Below are positions 31,620 to 32,000 of a DNA stretch of 32,000 bases, piece by piece. Source of the DNA: Aliivibrio fischeri ES114. GTDB taxonomy: Bacteria > Pseudomonadota > Gammaproteobacteria > Enterobacterales > Vibrionaceae. The stretch lies in the NCBI RefSeq assembly GCF_000011805.1, contig NC_006841.2; one strand, 5' to 3'. Below the pieces are notes generated by a model. The model did no database searches, was not told the DNA's origin, and saw only the letters and a program-made list of their open reading frames with translations. The position numbers and the translations under genes were made by a program. The first letter of the stretch is position 1, and the number at the start of each line of letters is the position of its first letter.

Positions 31620-32000
31620 TTATTTAAGCGGTAAAATTGTGATTTCTACACGGCGGTTACAAGCACGGCCTTGTTTTGTAGAGTTATCACAAACTGGGTA
31701 ACGAGCACCGTAACCACGAGCATTAACTCGACCAGCGGCAACGTCTTGCTTAATTAGGTAGGTACGCACTGAATCAGCACGTTGCTCTGATAGTGTTTGG
31801 TTTTTAGTTGCATTACCAGAACTGTCAGTATGACCGTCAATTTGAAGAGCTGTATCTGGGTATTCAACAAGGATACGTGCAACACCGTTTAATGTGTTGT
31901 AGATACTAGCATCTAATTGGTATGAGCTAGATTGGAAGCCAATACCGTTGTCCATTACTAGTTTAAGTTCGTTTTTGCCTACACGTTCAACTTGAACACC
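31620..32000 (-). CDS. OmpA-family (C-terminal peptidoglycan-binding domain) outer membrane protein, 5' part beyond window
   Basis: Frame stays open to base 32000 (GVQVERVGKNELKLVMDNGIGFQSSSYQLD...ALQIDGHTDSSGNATKNQTLSEQRADSVRTYLIKQDVAAGRVNARGYGARYPVCDNSTKQGRACNRRVEITI). Confidence 0.9.
   Translation of the reverse strand, partial: GVQVERVGKNELKLVMDNGIGFQSSSYQLDASIYNTLNGVARILVEYPDTALQIDGHTDSSGNATKNQTLSEQRADSVRTYLIKQDVAAGRVNARGYGARYPVCDNSTKQGRACNRRVEITILPLK

Noticed and set aside
31492-31701. Plus-strand 69-aa ORF starting inside the terminator
   Set aside because: Starts in the terminator hairpin and runs antisense into the OmpA-family gene; no support.
1-32000. CRISPR arrays, tRNA/rRNA genes, transposases, phage or toxin-antitoxin/defence modules
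   Set aside because: I looked for regular spaced repeats, tRNA-like cloverleaf endings, transposase or integrase motifs, and defence-type domains and found none that I can support.

Overview
The window is a mostly ordinary stretch of a Vibrionaceae-like (probably Aliivibrio) chromosome; that assignment comes from protein resemblance and gene order, not a search. From left to right it holds: the 3' part of a torA-like TMAO reductase gene with a perfect in-frame 396-bp tandem duplication; two related methyl-accepting chemotaxis proteins (MCPs) flanking a GH36-type alpha-galactosidase, with two unlisted small ORFs next to the MCPs; a ToxR/CadC-like membrane regulator whose start lies 9 nt after sapF; sapABCDF; pspF divergent from pspABC, with a sigma54-like promoter; ycjX-ycjF; a TPP riboswitch followed by a thiamine operon (thiD, an ABC transporter of ThiXYZ type, tenA, thiM, thiE); a GGDEF membrane protein whose last codons are antisense to the thiE terminator; a truncated DsbD/ScsB-like protein with a small partner; a third MCP; a YdjM-like membrane hydrolase; a 56-aa membrane microprotein; and the 3' end of an OmpA-family gene. 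I found no convincing new multi-gene system. The best leads are the torA duplication (real or assembly artefact), the apparent coupling of a one-component membrane regulator to the sap operon, the MCP/GH36/microprotein cluster, and a readable translational OFF model for the TPP riboswitch.
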